The translations under genes were made by a program, and so were the position numbers. A stretch of 64,000 nt of DNA from positions 35,650,001-35,714,000 of the forward strand of contig OZ024748.1 in assembly GCA_964016885.1 (NCBI GenBank), written 5' to 3'. This DNA is from Eledone cirrhosa. Taxonomy: Eukaryota. The notes under the pieces are model-generated. The model saw only the letters and a list, made by a program, of their open reading frames with translations, made no database searches and was not told the DNA's origin. This document shows, one piece after another, positions 63,631-64,000 of this stretch. The stretch's first letter is position 1. Each line of letters begins with the position of its first letter.

Positions 63631-63673
63631 GTAATCTACGCGTTTCATTCTTGTTAGAAATCATCAGGACTAC
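63631..63673 (-). ncRNA. Minimal type I hammerhead ribozyme, monomer 2
   Basis: Identical to 63321-63363 at +310. Confidence 0.9.
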
Positions 63674-63940
63674 ATATCCAGTGCTTTTATCGAGAATGAC
63701 ACAGCTAGAGACTTATAGAATACTTAGCTGTGTACAGGAACTGGTTTGAAAGAGCGGTTGCCGGTCCGGCAGAAATTAGAAATTGGAATAAATGCTCTGA
63801 AATAGCGATATATATGTGAATATAGACATAGAATATTCGAAAATATTCTGTATGTTTATAATAAACATTTTGAAGACCTAATCGCTATAGAATAGAATAC
63901 GTCACGTATTACAATTAGATTCTCGATAAAAGCAAGGGAA

Positions 63941-63983
63941 GTAATCTACGCGTTTCATTCTTGTTAGAAATCATCAGGACTAC
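63941..63983 (-). ncRNA. Minimal type I hammerhead ribozyme, monomer 3
   Basis: Identical to 63321-63363 at +620. Confidence 0.9.
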
Positions 63984-64000
63984 ATATCCAGTGCTTTTAT

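Larger units (their letters stand above)
63159..64000 (-). mobile_element. Tandem array of 310-bp non-coding monomers, each with a hammerhead (candidate non-LTR retrozyme); 2.7 copies visible, continues off the right edge
   Basis: AATTGGAATA recurs at 63161, 63471 and 63781. Copies look identical by eye. No ORF in the track. One hammerhead and several hairpins per unit. Confidence 0.88.

Overview
Eukaryotic repeat-rich DNA with no host protein-coding gene. The SINE and microsatellite content suggest a mollusc, probably an octopus (inference). Bases 1-37,218 are one GT-rich satellite array (41-bp unit, 38/35-bp variants) with kb-scale internal duplications. The remaining ~27 kb is a nest of retroelements sorted by microsatellite target. 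Next to (TA)n tracts lie Penelope-like RT+GIY-YIG elements carrying hammerhead ribozymes. Inside (ATT)n tracts lie two L1/Tx1 LINEs, two R4/Dong-type RLE elements and several tRNA-derived SINEs. At the right edge (63,159-64,000+) is a tandem array of apparently identical 310-bp non-coding monomers. Each monomer carries an intact minimal type I hammerhead within a multibranched fold: a candidate non-LTR retrozyme / viroid-like circular RNA, sitting beside a Penelope element. The second highlight is a 3'-terminal stem-loop (CUUGU loop, covarying stem) shared by the Tx1 LINEs and the SINEs.
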